Shown in pieces: positions 12,001 through 23,919 of a stretch of DNA of 64,000 bases. Source of the DNA: Klebsormidium nitens (taxonomy: Eukaryota > Plantae > Klebsormidiophyceae); contig DF237181.1 in NCBI GenBank assembly GCA_000708835.1, positions 62,001-126,000 of the forward strand, written 5' to 3'. The position numbers and the translations under genes are program-made. How positions within the stretch are numbered: position 1 is the first letter of the stretch; each line of letters opens with the position of its first letter. Under the pieces are notes generated by a model. The model did no database searches. It worked only from the letters and a program-made list of their open reading frames with translations, and was not told the DNA's origin.

Positions 12001-12735
12001 GAGGAAAGCCCGGCGCTGATTTTGTTTTGAGGTGCTACTTTGCAGGCACATTGGCCTTTCCCTCGGGACAAGCTGCTCCAGGGATACGCCTACATCCTTA
12101 CCCACCCCGGAACGGTAAGCCCTTGATTCCGGCAGGGACTGAAAAGTCCACGCATAGTCCTTCATTACCGCTTGAACGTCTTCAACAAGGAGCCTCGGAC
12201 TGAGAAGAAAGACCAAGCCTGAGCAGCTTGTTCGTTTACACTGAAGATTTGCAGTGAGCTAGCCGGACTACGTCCATCAGTTAAGCAGCATGGTCTGAAC
12301 CTGACAATCTGTCACGTTTTACTCCTGAACCATAACGTCAGCGGCCTTTTACCCCAGCAGCTTATGCGCCAGGGCGGTCTAGGAACCGCGTTTTCCAAAA
12401 AAAGTGATTCCTCAATGGTGACGTGAGCGCTTCGTGTCCAGAATTGCATTCTCTTGCTGCAGCCCACCGTGTTCTACGACCACCTGTACGACTTCGGCAT
12501 GCACGACCAGATCGCTGACCTCCTCAAGGCGCGCATCCGCGCCGGCATCAAGTGCCGCAGCCCAATCAAGATCCTGCACGCGACGATGGAGGGGTACGCT
12601 GCCGTCATCGACAAGAAGCTGTGCATGAAGATTGGGCACCTCGACTGGAGCCCAGCCAAGGAGAACAACCTCGAGGGGCGATGGGGGAGGACGCTAGACC
12701 GAGGGACGGACTACCAGATCTGGGAGAAGGAATGA
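3017..12735 (+). CDS. AMY: Alpha-amylase (GH13) with probable plastid transit peptide and long N-terminal coiled-coil region, ~1022 aa
   Basis: Exons: 3017-3019 (ATG only, tentative), 3421-3662, 3901-3988, 4238-4408, 4860-5050, 5296-6040, 6595-6861, 7291-7441, 7979-8143, [8470-8567 OR 8655-8752], 9434-9625, 9893-9978, 10377-10492, 10955-11031, 11551-11685, 12046-12114, 12463-12735 (3069 nt, in frame). Plant amylase motifs: [37 protein letters not shown] (nucleophile Asp), IGEYWD (acid/base Glu), [17 protein letters not shown]. The first three exons are less certain than the rest. Confidence 0.93.
8470..8567 (+). other. Alternative amylase exon A (98 nt, phase 1 to 0): (G)[32 protein letters not shown]
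   Basis: gctgcag|GG..CAG|gtaaag; homologous to exon B. Confidence 0.85.
8655..8752 (+). other. Alternative amylase exon B (98 nt, phase 1 to 0): (G)[32 protein letters not shown]
   Basis: tttattttccag|GG..CAG|gtgaga; homologous to exon A. Confidence 0.85.
10514..10674. repeat. Diverged ~90-bp tandem duplication in an amylase intron
   Basis: TTGAGCACCTCACGCTC (10522-10538) vs TTGAGTACCTCACGCTC (10612-10628), with continuing similarity downstream (CAAAGTTTGCCACATGGTCG vs CAACGTTTGCAACCATGGTTCG). Confidence 0.7.
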
Positions 12736-14703
12736 GTTGATTGCGGGCCCGGCAGGACAAACGTACGGATGGATTGTACACTCGGGCGCTAGCGATTGGT
12801 TTGCATGGCTGCAGATTGATGTGTTGCGGTGTTGAAGCAACAAAGTATTGTTTCTGCGCTACAGCGGCAGCAGCGGCGGGCATAATGAACAAGTATTGGG
12901 GTTCAAATACTAGGTACGCAGCTACCTATCGGTCCGACTTTGCACTGATGTGACTTGTTTTCAATTGAGTTTCGAGCATTTGCACCAGGATGTATGCTAG
13001 CTAAAGCTGCTCAAGCCCACCGGGTGTAATCCGACGAGGTAGCTGCATTAACACGACCGGTAGTAGGCTGTCAGAAGTTGGTCAGGGATCTCAGGAAAGT
13101 AGAAAACACGAAAATGACTTGGAAGGAACTAGCAGAGCCGCAAGTAATCCCACAGACTCGATATGAGCAGCACTTTGCCAATTCCACTAAGCAGTGGGCA
13201 CTCCATATGCTCTCAGATAATCGTTGCAGGGGTTCGGTTCAAGCACGTCCTCTACCCATGTTGAGAGATGCAGCAATCAACCTGGCGCATAGCCAGATGC
13301 GCGTTGTCAGCATGATTCAATGCTGCCTTGACGCAGTCGTGCACAGACTTCACTGAGGTGATCACCGTCGGCCACTCGACGCACACGGGCCCCTACTAAG
13401 CTTTTGGGGCCAGTGACCCTCAGCAGCGTCTGGCATGCATTGCATGAAGCGGGCGCTAGGCGCATGGTAATCTAAGACTTAACTTAGGGCGGCATGCCAT
13501 CATGACAACAGCTGAACTTTGGAGCCGGAGTCGTACACGATATTGAAACAATACAATATACGTGCATATACAGATCATGCATGGCACATGCTAGGCGGGC
13601 GGAAATTCTATATAATCCTGCAAAACAGAAGTGACGCGTCATGAAGGGGGGGACGGGCCAAACACCACTGAAACGTTGTGAACCATGATCCGATCTCACA
13701 CCGTCAGATGAAACATTTCCCATGAGATCTGGACGTCAGGATTGCATATTTTGGAAGTCCCAAGACCGATGCGGTCCTCGGCTGGTCCGATGAAGGAAGG
13801 GCTGCGAAGAGTGTTAGAAGAAGGTCAAGGGCATTTTGGCTGCTAAACCCACCTATAAACCTGCCCCCAATTCCTCCGGCGCTCTGCCCGGACCCCAAAC
13901 TTTGCCAGGTTTTCATGAAGGTGATCCCCTGCATGGAGGTTCAATCCCACCAATTTTCATTTCCGGGCAATAACTAGTAAGCCGTTTGCCAGGCTGCTGC
14001 ATGGCACACGGTTCATGTTGCTAACTTTCTTACCTGGGGCCCGTGCATTTTGGTCCCCTTGAGTGACGTAGTGATAGCTAGTCCAGTATGGATCAACTTG
14101 CTGCATGGTTCAGTGTGGGTCGATCATATATATATATACCATGCAGCCGCGCCCGGTCTTACTAATATTGACCGAGCTTAAGTCAAGTATCCAGCCTAGA
14201 TGCGTGCAATCCACTAGCCGGGCCCGGTTATACAATTCGAACAGCTCAACAGCTCGAGTCTGGCATCGATCGATCGGATGTTGTTATCAATATATAGACC
14301 TCAGGACTTACCAAAGAAAATTTCGTATACTACGGCACCGTAAAGACATAGTTTTCGGTCACGAGCTTAATTGCGAGTGAAGCCGAAGGTACGTAAAGTG
14401 CATGCCACTGAGGCCAGGCTTGCAACTGAAACAGAGGCCCACTGGTGGGGTAGATGACACTGACTGCTCGTGATTGGATAGATGTCGTTTAATCCTAGGC
14501 AGTTGGCAGGCCCTACCGCTGTTATCTAGCCCTACAATCGCTGGGTAACATTGGTCCGTTAACCTGACGTATGGTACATGTACGCGAAGATGTTTGAGCC
14601 AGCCCCATGTCCAACATTGACATGGTAGGTCTCCGTTCTTCGTTGACACAATCAGCTAATGCGTCTGGAGAAGGTCCTCAAATTCTATAGGTCGCATCTC
14701 GCC

Positions 14704-16049
14704 TCACGAGACTTGCTTTACGGCCTCCTCTACAACGTCGACATTCTGCTGAAGGACCCTCCACTGCTCAAGGGTCAGCGATATTCCTGGAACACATTAA
14801 AGAATCAAAGGCTCTCGTGAGTTGGTCAATACAGAAACAAATCAAACCGATGTGCAAGACAGCTTGGGGGGAATCAGCAAGGCCAACGCAGAAGAATAGC
14901 GTCAGAACAATTCTGCTTGTGGCTATTGGCTGGGCCTTTAAGTGTGCTCACCCTTTTTGCCGGGTAGTTGCTCCCCGTTTTTCTCGTAGTATTCCCGGAT
15001 TGAGACCAGCGTCTGGTTCTTCCACTTTGAGACAGTCACTTTCTTATTCCCGCTTAGCTGCACAAGGATCATACTCGAGTTAGGCGGAGTTAGGCGGATC
15101 ATGTGGTCCAGACAAAGTGGAACCGGCTGTGGTTCTGGAGGAGGGCTCCATTGTATAGTCCAAAAGGAGGAGTCTCCAACAGATCCGGCATGTGATAAGC
15201 TGAGGATCGCCATCACTTACAAGAAACACTACTTCGAAGCAGGTTCCTGATTGACAGGATCACGTTCTTTGATGAGTGAATTCGTGGCGTACCTCACAAA
15301 CGAGAAGATTCCCATCCCCAATGTACTGCCACTTGTCTGGCTGTGCGCCCTTCTTCTCCACCACCTCCTTGACTCGCTTAGCCTCGGGGGCTTTGGACCC
15401 CCCACCGGACGGCCCCTCCTTTTCAGGCTTTTTTCGCTTCACTTCGATAGGCGCCTCTGGTTCCTCTTCAGGCTGCATCAGTTGGCGAAGGAGTTATGCT
15501 ATGACTGATAAGTTGAGTCTTCGCTATTGAAAGACCGAGTTGTCCCGTGGTCACATTCATGATGCGCCCTGATCAAGAGGTATCCCGCACAAGCCACCTC
15601 GTCGCTTGGGAATGACAGACCCTTTTGTAATACTCTTCAAAAATTGGAGCCCTATAGCCGACATTCTCAGCGTATATCCTGACAACTTGACAGAGTGTCT
15701 TTCTCTGCTTTGATAAACTCAAGAGATCGTCTGTATCAATCTACGCTCCTTGAGATCAGATTGCCCCAGTCTTATCATTGCGACTCTGCCCCAAGTACGT
15801 CATCACCACTGATTTGCTTCTCACAGGAGCCAGCCAGAACATCAAAATCTTCACCTCATCCTGGTCCAGAAACTCGCCGATGACGGCCCTCAGGAACTTC
15901 TTTTCCTCCTCGCCCCCCAGCTCGAGCCCCAGCTGTTTCTCCAGTGCAGTCCTCAGCTTCCTCTCAGTCATGTCCTCCATATTTGCCCCCTTCAGCTCTT
16001 TGATAGCAGCCTCCCGCACCTGCTTCTGAGCTTCGGTTGACAGCCCCAT
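14704..16049 (-). CDS. KELP: KELP-type RNA polymerase II transcriptional coactivator (N-terminal DEK-C-like domain plus C-terminal PC4 domain), 187 aa
   Basis: Exons 16049-15855, 15472-15293, 15057-14952, 14786-14704. PC4 signature LSGNKKVTVSKWKNQTLVSIREYYEKNGEQLPGKKGISLTLEQW; N-terminus ..MEDMTERKLRTALEKQLGLEL..KFLRAVIGEFL. Confidence 0.92.
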
Positions 16050-16077
16050 CCTAACGACACAGGACGACTAGGGCCCA

Positions 16078-16232
16078 GGGGCGTTCAGTTCTTTTGAGGC
16101 AGAAGCGTTCAGCTGATGCTAATCAACGAACGCCGAGAACAACAATCAGAAATGAGTAAGCCCCTTGGGGGCGTTCTTCTAAATTGAAGCAGAAGCGTCC
16201 GGTTGATGCCAGTCAATGACGCCAAGAAGAAC
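16078..16232. repeat. Diverged ~90-bp tandem duplication just upstream of the KELP start codon
   Basis: GGGGCGTTC..TTGAGGCAGAAGCGTTCAGCTGATGCTAATCAA (from 16078) vs GGGGCGTTC..TTGAAGCAGAAGCGTCCGGTTGATGCCAGTCAA (from 16168). Confidence 0.75.
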
Positions 16233-17182
16233 GAGTCACTGCAGCAATATGTTTGCCTGGTATCAAGGATGCCGTTCTCCTTCCAATGCTGCTTTCATTC
16301 TCCTTGGGTCCTTCTTCTGAAGGCCAACTCTGGAACTTGGGGTTGCGTCTTGGTTTTCAAACCCCTTTTACTGAAGTGCTGAGAGACCTTTCCAATCAGC
16401 AGGCTTGCATTGCACAGTTTTGGGAGCGCAGTTGGCTGGGTAACATGCCTTGGTGCACAAGCGCGCTATTTTAGTGACCAACTATGGAACCTGGCTGCCA
16501 AAGTGCAGCTTTTGCCCAAGAGCTTTCACCCACTGGCATGAGTGCCACAGTGTGGGGATCTGCTCAGGAAGAAAGCGCTACAACTTCAAGGGGGAAGCTG
16601 AGCAATGCCAATGGGCGACAAGCTATGCACGGAGGAAGCGCAACGAAAGTTACCTAAGCGGGTATAAGCAGCGGCACGACCGTCATAAGCAGTTAACCTG
16701 AGCTCCTTGCAAGTTGCATGTACTTAGCTTAAAAATCTCTAGCTTTGCCAAATTTTAGATCCATTTCTAGAAAGCACAGAGCAAACGTAAGTACCTATAT
16801 GTAACGCAAGTCTGAAGAGTTGGTGAGATTGCTAGAGCCAGAACTTCCGTTACAATTCGAGCCCCAATGGGCCAAGTTCTATAGACGAAATGACAAGTCT
16901 CCATCCTAATATTACTTCTCGCATAAGAAGGCAAGAGTTCACTTCCCCATATGCTAAATACTTCAACTTCAAGTTTTCTTTTCCACACGGCATTGCAATC
17001 TCCAAGAAGTGAATGCCAGAAAGGACGCCGAGCCATGCCCCTTCTCTTGACCTGCTGCATGCAGACGACCTTTCGATGAGGTGGCTGTGGTTCTCTGGCA
17101 TTCAAAACGACGCATCATTGGTGTAAAATTGGAATTATGGAGGGCGCAGCCTTGAACAGCCTCGATTGATCTTTGCTAAGGG

Positions 17183-20100
17183 ATGGATTCCTCCGGCGTT
17201 CCTGAAATCTTCAACCGCGGCCTTGATTGCGTCGTCCGGCGAGCTGTGATTATTGGGAACGGGGCGGCGGGCGCAGAGAAGCAGTGCGTGGGCCTTGTGC
17301 GCGCACTGGGCCTGCCAGAGCGAAGCTGCCTGCTGCAGGTGGGGGGGTGCCGCCTGAAATTGGTGGTTGAGTGCTGCGTAGAAAGCGGTTTGAAGCTTGT
17401 GATGAAGTGCGTCAGGGAGGGTATGTGATGTGAGAAGGAAATATATGGTTTGATTGATTGGCGATGGAAAGGTTTTCGCAACCTGCACCTTGAACAAAGT
17501 CTACCCGCTGCACGATTGAAGAAACGGTACCACCGACTGCCTCTTTTTCTTCCAGGCTTGAGTTGACAGCGTCAATTCACTAGATTGCGTTTTTTGCACA
17601 ATTGATGGTCAGTTTGACTCTTGATGCCATGTTATGAAAGTTATTTGATCCCCTGCCCCTTCTGACGGGACAACCACAGATCAGATCGCTCGAAACTTCG
17701 TCCCGAACCCCCTCGTTAATTTGATCTGGGCGCAATCAGAGGGTTCCTGTTTTGCTTATTTGCTTGAAAACATAAGCACCACCAGTTCTATTTCAAGGAA
17801 GCAAACTGGATAGGGTCTGTTTGGCAGCTCCAACTCTGTTCAAAACCTTCTTGTTCAATCCCTCTGTTCATATCGAGCTCAGCCCCCCTTTCTTTGTCCC
17901 CCAGCGAGTAAACCGCCCTCGTGACGGCCTCCACCACTATCTGCGATGGCTCCCCCTGGCTTGGCACAACAACCTGCACCGGACGCTCGCTTATCTGGCG
18001 AACCGCTCAACTCAAGTGGTCCCCAGTTCGTGGCTGCGTGAGGGGCGAAACGACGGGGTGCAGGAGGGCGCGCGGATCGGGGTTGCTCGAGACGTGCCCG
18101 ATGCGGACCCGGAAGCAATTGCCAGGGAAGCGAACAGCCAGCTGAACAGGTGAGAATCGGTTTCGCTTTTTCCATCGCTTACGACTCCGGTGAAGCAATT
18201 TGGTAGTTAATTGGTCTATGCATCTTCAGCGTATACACACTGCCGCCAGCTTTCGAACAGTGTAATCACCACGTTTGAGAGGAGGTTCATGCCATCCTAG
18301 TTTCCTTTCCTGACGCCTGTTGATATGCTGGGGAGGAGCGAGCGGCCAAAACTTGTCCAGCTAAGCCTAAGGTCGATCTGGCCAGGCGTTCCGCAGAACA
18401 AGGGACTGAAGTGCCCGAAGCTCGAAGTCTGGAGCCCAACTCACCGGCCCTCGTTGTCTACTGCAGAGAGGGCCCACTTCTTGTTGTTGCGTCGGGGCGC
18501 GACACGTGGATGCTGGCGGCCGAAGTCAAACGACAGGCGCCTTCGACCACCTTCGTTGTACAGGTGGGGACAATATCTTGGCATTCCTGTCAAGTCGATG
18601 CGTGCCTTTTAGAATCATGATTTTCTGGACACAAAGTTGGTCAGTACATCGAAGTCAACATTTCTTCTTCGCGCAAGAGTCGAAGAGACGCGTATTCTGT
18701 TCGCCAGGCTGTCAAGCAACTGTAAGTCGGGACTCAGAGCTTCGTCCTCAATGATTAGAACTCGAGCTGAGTACTCCGTCCCATTGCCTGGTCTTCAACC
18801 TCCTCCAGCACCAACTGTCCTGCTTTAGTTATGATAAGGTGCTGCAACGTTGCAGATTCTCGTTGTTTGTTACTTGGTATCCACTGTCAGAACGTCAATC
18901 GTTTTGGCAAAAGTATGATACGGAGGAAGTTTGTTTGCCCTCGACATCACAGTACTTACAGTCATAGCAGCGCCAACTGTCTTCCGTATATGTCTTCCGT
19001 ACCACGCTTTTCAAACGTCGGATTCAAGTGATCTTTTTCTTGATGTCGCCAGAATCATTCCTCGGCCTTATACCCAGCTCGTCTCTCTCCGTGCGTAGAT
19101 TCAGCACCCCCGAGCGGACGTCTCCCAGTTCGATCTAGTTATCACTCCTGCCCACGACTTCTATCCGACCACTCCCGTGGGCCAAGCCGAAAGGCGGGCG
19201 GCCCTGCCTTTTTTGGGCAAGCACCAGCAGCTCATACCCAAGCTGCCGGTTGGGCTGCAGCAATTACTATTGCCCCAGCTAAACCCCCCTTCTAAAAACA
19301 TGGTGAGGGAGTGAAAACGCTGCTTGCATCGTCCCTTCGAGGTATGGTTCAAAAGGCGAGTTCCTTAGTCTCATGAAAGGGTTCCTCCTGGGGTGACTGC
19401 CGGGTGGGTGTGCCGTTCCTGACACGAACGGCAGTCGAGTAACCCAAGTATGACTGGTAGGAGGTTGACAACGAGGGGCTTGAAGCTCGCTCAGCCAGCC
19501 GTGAATATTTCAAGCAACTCTGATTTTATACGTACAGGCTTGGTTGTGAAGGGTGACTTGTTGCTACACCCCGCACGTTACTCTATGTGGCGCTCTTGAA
19601 GTCTCCGATTCTAGCGCTACCCTGTGTGAGATCAATGAGGGATCTGGTCTGGCGGCCACAGTTGACGAGAATGGTAACATCTCACGTGTAGGGCCCGCAA
19701 AAGCATCATGTCGTCTCCTTCAGCACCACGTGCTTGCATGGTCGAACATTCCACAATGTTCGACCGCTTGCGAAGCGCAGCGGCGGCCCGCATACACCGG
19801 GCGACACAGACATCACAGCCGCAATCAAGTCTGACAAAAGTACCAGCATAGTACGTGACTCCCACCCTTTATTGACGCAGGTCCTAACAGTCGGCGCCCT
19901 CCACACTGTCGACACCGCCGTGCTGCGCATGGAAACCGCGCGTTGGCACGACGTTTTCTCCTCTCTCCCCGCCCCCATAGTCGCCGTCAGCATAGGCGGG
20001 CCGACCCGGCACTGTCCGTACGGACTCGACTTGGCGGCGGAGCTCGTGACGGGGCTTCGGACGATGCTGGCAGCGAACGGGGGGTGCGTACGGATGACGA

Positions 20101-21867
20101 TGTCGCGACGGACGCCTGCGCACATAGCGCGGCACGTCCGGCAGGAGCTGGCTGGGGAGAGCCGGGTGAAGATCTGGGACGGGCGAGGTGAGGTTTTCTG
20201 AGGGTTTGGATTTAGTGGATATCTAGGGTTCTCAGGCGAGAGGAGCAGGGAGAGCCGGATCAAGATCTGGGACGGGTGAGGTTAGGGCAAAAGAGTTAAG
20301 GGTTGCAAAGGACGTTCGAGGGTCTTCAAAAGAGGTCACATGAAGAGTCGATTTTGAAATGGTGCGTCTCCAATCTTTTGACACGATCAAGGCCGTCGAG
20401 GAGTGGCAATCTGTTAGGTTTAGATTCAGTCGACCGAAATCTGCCAGATAAGCATAACCATTTTTAAAGTTCTAGAAGTTCAGATGCTGGCTTTCGGTTG
20501 TCTGCTTCTTTGGTTGAAAAGCCCCAAAGAAGCTTGGGTTGAACGGTGTGTGGTAGTTACGCGCTCAGTCTTTTCTGCGGTGTGCTTCTCGCCAGCGGCT
20601 ATGACCATATCGACCTCTCTGAGTAGCTTCTTCTCAGAACGTTCTGACCCTGCCCTGCCGCCCAAACATTACCTGATAATAGGATGATTGCCCTCGCATC
20701 TTTAGGGCTGCCTCTCGAAGGCCGGCCGGCGCCTCATCGACTCCGGTCGACAACCGACCGTCAAAATCTTTTGCAGAATCTCACACCGCAGGGGCATCAC
20801 CTCATGGGTCACGACTCTGTATTGTTCCCTCTGGTAGCCGCACACCCATCAGGCTGCTTCAAAAACAATTCTTGTAAATCTTAGCAGAGTAAATTCTCGT
20901 CTTTAATCAGGAGACAACCCGCACCTGGGCCACCTGGCTTGGGCGGACACGTTCATCGTGACAGCGGACTCGGTGAGCATGCTGAGCGAGGCCTGCAGCA
21001 CGGGGAAGCCCGTGTACGTCGTGGGGGGCAGCCGCTGCCGCGGTAAGATTGCCGCCTTCCACCGCACGCTGCAGGCGCGGGGCGCGACGCGGCCCTTCAC
21101 GGGCACGGAAGACGTGAGTTTTCTGGGGCTCTTTTACATTGTGCTTCTCGTCGGCATGTACGTTTTTCCAAGACAGCTGCTTTTTGCACAAGACATTTTA
21201 GTGGTGGCAAGCAAAGGGCAGACGGATACGGATCGGTATTTTGAGGCGTTTTGCGGTTTTCGGGTAAGCAGCTTCGCGTGCAGGGGTTGGGGGACTTTGC
21301 AGCGGTGAGAGCTCGTCAATTGGCTTCTAAAAAATCCGTTGTGGTTATCGAAAGCTGGATCCAGTGCAATTGTATAGTTGTGGCGGAAGGGCGCTTATTG
21401 ATTGTGATTGCATCATCTGGGGACGTACAGTACATTGTTGAAGCGTTGGGTGCTTGCGCTGCGTTGTGTCTCGCTTGAAGCTGTCGTCGAGAGAAGCTCG
21501 AGACGGGTGGTGGGCCGTCTGGAAGTTTGGAATCCTCTGTGTACATCACATGGGGTCTAAGAGCGGAAGCGCATCGTGCAGACCCTCTATAATAGTCCGT
21601 GACAATGTGCTCGTCTGTTTTGGTATTCAGACTCGTGCAAGTCACGAAATAAGCGCCATAATTCTATGAAGGTCGAGAGTAATGCATAGGTGTTCACCCG
21701 TCCTCTTCAAATCGCCGACCAAAGAGTTAGACTCAGACTCTTGCCGTGTTATATTGCAGATGCGTTCCTCTTGGAGTTATCCCCCCCTGACAGATACCGC
21801 CGACTCTTCAAGGAAGATTGTTGAAATGATGGCTGAACGGGGTTGGAGTATAAGCAAGGGTCCATGA
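17183..21867 (+). CDS. ELM1: Mitochondrial fission protein ELM1 (ELONGATED MITOCHONDRIA 1), 439 aa
   Basis: Exons 17183-17338, 17905-18149, 18467-18563, 19099-19302, 19881-20187, 20911-21113, 21760-21867. Motifs VVRRAVIIGNGAAGAEKQCVGLVRALGL, IQHPR..FDLVITPAHD, NPHLGHLAWADTFIVTADSVSMLSEACSTGKPVYV and WSYPPL are characteristic of plant ELM1. Confidence 0.95.
20248..20276 (+). repeat. Intronic copy of the 3' end of ELM1 exon 5
   Basis: 27/29 identity to 20155-20183; followed by its own GTGAGG donor-like motif. Confidence 0.85.
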
Positions 21868-23919
21868 CCGTGTCAAGTCGTCTGTGTGCCGCTGCACGAA
21901 GGCTTCTGCCTTGCTGGATAGCCAGTGTCGCCTTCAACGGGATGCTAATACAGCAGATTTGTTGCTACAAAGCTACAGGATCTATAAGCATGTTATGTTA
22001 CAATATAGCGCATGCGGTGGTTGATTGTCATCTTCTTACTTCAGACGGTAGACTTGCCTATGAATCTCATTACAATCTGTATCGATGTCTAGCATATGAT
22101 GCCGCCCATTGCATGTTCAAATCTACGCGCTTTCAATGTCCTGCTTCCCTCAGTCAGGCAAGACATACCCAGGCAGCCGGCTCGCATCCAGAACCGTCTC
22201 GGTGGCAGGGGGAGTGACTACTAGGACGGTCATCGTAAAGGATTCTACCGTACGGTACTCGAATTCAAGTATAACCTAGTGACCGTAAGGACATAGTGAC
22301 ATAACCTCAATTATCCAAATTATATACTATAAACCCTAGCAAGCTTTTGGCCGGAATAGTTCCGACATCGTTTCGATGCTACTAAGATCGCCATGCGACG
22401 GTCGGAACATGAAGGAGCAAAGTATAGCTATCAAGAGCATAACCCGAGCTCTATAATTTTGAATGCCATCCGACAATGATTAAGCAAATCTGCATCTAGG
22501 TATGTGTAATTTGAAAACTGAGTCTAGATTTGAATCACAGGCCGTCCGATTCGTATATCTTACGGTGTCTGGTGCTCACGTCACGGTCATGTGCATAAGC
22601 CTGAAGGCTGAAGGCGCAATCAAGCCTAATTTACGGACCTTGCCCGCCGGACTCGGTCATCCGTCGGTGGACAAGTGCCGACGTCAAAGCTCATCCTGAC
22701 CTTCCAATTGTTTCCTTGTGAGCCGTCAGATCAGTATCCAACGGCGATCAACTGCTTTCCGTGCTTCACGGGCAGTTATACTCATACCGTTATTGCTGAG
22801 GTCAGGTGGTTGAAGGACTCAATCTCGCGAGTCGCATGCCAGGTTTAGAGCTTCGTCTACTGTAGTCTGTAGCTTGTCGGGAGTGTAGGTACATCGTATA
22901 CGGTATGTACTGTATATTTACAGTGAATCTAGGTAGGTACCGCGTATGGTCAAGGACGTACCTGCCGTAGTCCAAAATCAGAGCTTGCTGGAGCTGGGTT
23001 GTACACAGTGTGCCCGTTTTCTGTCACGCAAACTCCTCTCGCACTTGAGCATAGGAACAAGCACACTGCTTCCGCATAAGATTTCTAGCTCGGTAGTACT
23101 GATTGGAGCTCGGCCAAAGCCGAAGTGGTAGTGGCCACTTGGCGTCTGAAGGTTATACCGGTATCGTGTCCTCGCACAAGGTTACTTGCCTTTGGAGATG
23201 CAATTGTAGCTCATTTCCAAATTCCAGTTTTCCAAGGTCCAACAATTTTGAGCTCCAGCCCTCACTCATTAGTGCACGGCGCCATTCGCTATCGTTCAAG
23301 GTGCCTGCACAGCTCTGCCTGCATCCTTGTGAAGAAAAGCCCTCAGACCAGCAAAGTACAACATAAGGGGGCAGGTCAACATTCCTGCCACCGCGCTTCT
23401 TGCTGTCACAGGTCAGTGATGTGGCCGTTCTTCAGACTTGATGAAAAGATTCTCTGCATGTGCTTCACTCCTTTTGCAGTCTGTGGCTTAATCTGCAATT
23501 GACCCTTTGTGCGCACATCATTTGTCTTTGCATACACTGCCTCTGTGCGGTGCTTTGTAGACAGTTTAAATTAGTGGCTCGTTGCAGAAGAAAATAGCAT
23601 TGTAGAGGGTATTCTTCCACTGCCAAAACCTGACTTGCCACTGCAGGCTTGAGTTTGAAGGCCCTTTCGACCTGATTACACATGTCAGACTCTGACTTGA
23701 ATATACTTCAGAAACCAAGTAGTGATCAGAAACCATTGGCAGAGTGGCTTGATTACTGGTGGTTATACAGGTGGTGGTTGTACTTAATCTACAGAGAAGA
23801 GGCACGGCGCCCTTAGTGAGGGCACTTGATTCAAGTCCAGTGTCTAGGCAACATCTAATGTGTGTTCGGCTGTCGAGCTTCCCTCATCACCCTCTTTCAA
23901 TTTTTGTGTTCCAGGAGTG

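Noticed and set aside
13078-13380. Short ORFs on both strands downstream of the amylase
   Set aside because: No recognisable motif, no GC3 bias like the real exons, and no splice chain.
23150-23350. Protein-like minus-strand frame (..LNDSEWRRALMSEGWSSKLLDLGKLEFGNELQLHLQRQ..) upstream of YHYH
   Set aside because: No start or consistent exon chain could be built and no homology is recognised; needs RNA-seq.
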